DNA of 64,000 nucleotides. Origin: a virus (taxonomy: Duplodnaviria; Caudoviricetes). Positions 63,220 through 64,000 of this stretch are shown here, one piece after another. The notes beneath the pieces were generated by a model that saw nothing but the letters and a program-made list of their open reading frames with translations, had not been told where the DNA came from and made no database searches. The first letter of the stretch is position 1. Each line of letters opens with the position of its first letter. Position numbers and translations under genes: made by a program. The DNA lies in IMG/VR virus record IMGVR_UViG_3300037067_004891, positions 32,001 to 96,000 of that record; one strand, 5' to 3'.

Positions 63220-63882
63220 TTAACTTGTAATTATAGTGAATCCTCTTTCAATTAAAGCATTTTTATCCGTTATACCTTGACCAGTTGGTGCGCCCATACT
63301 AATTCCTGTTAAAATTATAGAACCAGTTGTTGATGTGTTATATGTGTTATTATCTGATAGAACTTTATTTACTTCGGTTGATGATAATTGATTATCACTA
63401 AAATTTTGATATGTTGTGTAAAAATCAGAATTTTTTAAAGTATAACCAGTGAAATTATTAACAGAAATATTATATATTGTCATATAATTGGTTGGTGGTA
63501 TAATATTACCAGATAAATTATTATTTGATAATTCTATTATTGATAAATTATATAAATTTGATGTTGAATATGATAAACCAGATATAACATTGTTATTTAG
63601 ATTAAGAAATCTTATTTTAGAATTTATATTTGGTATACTGCTTAATAAATTGTTATTAAGATTTAATGAAATTATATCTAATCTGTTGTCTGACAAATCA
63701 GGACAGTTTGATATATTTGAACCACTCAATGTTATTTCTTTAATTCTTGAAACATCATAACCAGATAATGTTATATTATACTTTGAATTAGCTGAATAAT
63801 TATTAATAAACGTGAACTCTGATGTCCCATTTAATGTTGAACCAGTACTTGATAAATCCCCCCAGTTTATATTTATAGCCAT
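63220..63882 (-). CDS. leucine-rich repeat protein
   Basis: Repeated LxLxxNxL units. Confidence 0.75.
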   Translation of the reverse strand: MAININWGDLSSTGSTLNGTSEFTFINNYSANSKYNITLSGYDVSRIKEITLSGSNISNCPDLSDNRLDIISLNLNNNLLSSIPNINSKIRFLNLNNNVISGLSYSTSNLYNLSIIELSNNNLSGNIIPPTNYMTIYNISVNNFTGYTLKNSDFYTTYQNFSDNQLSSTEVNKVLSDNNTYNTSTTGSIILTGISMGAPTGQGITDKNALIERGFTIITS

Positions 63883-63891
63883 TATACCATT

Positions 63892-63999
63892 TTATTTTAA
63901 TTTTAATATAACAGATTGCTGTGAAATTTGATCTGTTTCAAATGTTAATTCCAATGATATCAACTCTACATATTTTGTTAAATAAATAAAATCAAATAC
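63892..63999 (-). CDS. 3' end of a gene running off the window
   Basis: Open frame ...VFDFIYLTKYVEL...LKLK*. Confidence 0.5.
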   Translation of the reverse strand, partial: VFDFIYLTKYVELISLELTFETDQISQQSVILKLK

Positions 64000-64000
64000 G

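Noticed and set aside
1-64000. Alternative genetic code (stop-codon reassignment)
   Set aside because: Long conserved genes are intact under the standard code, TAG and TGA end genes at sensible points, and no clean suppressor tRNA was found

Overview
Very AT-rich (roughly a quarter G+C), gene-dense segment of a T4-like jumbo/huge phage, probably infecting Bacteroidota. Host evidence: a Bacteroidota-type RpoD, TAnnTTTG promoter elements and a TorF-like porin. It carries T4-like replication and virion genes: a family B DNA polymerase split by a trans-splicing intein, primase, a PolB-like exonuclease, a gp13-like neck protein, a gp25-like baseplate protein and a 2297-aa fibre. It also has two DNA methyltransferases, several free-standing endonucleases, an IS200/IS605 tnpB element with about 9 miniature derivatives, 10 canonical tRNAs, two tRNA-like RNAs and candidate ncRNAs. 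Most striking: (1) a leader-peptide/terminator/antiterminator upstream of the tRNA array, whose first codons specify almost only the amino acids of the phage's own tRNAs, a candidate tRNA-depletion sensor; (2) a 36-nt repeat / 28-30-nt spacer mini-array resembling type VI-B CRISPR repeats that begins inside, and is translated as part of, a protein C-terminus; (3) a Ser1/Ser+1 split-intein polymerase whose intervening endonuclease has decayed and now sits beside an intact-looking TnpB; (4) many unrelated proteins sharing an N-terminal capsid-targeting-like motif or a C-terminal RxxKIxxIL motif. All protein calls come from motif recognition by eye; no database search was run.
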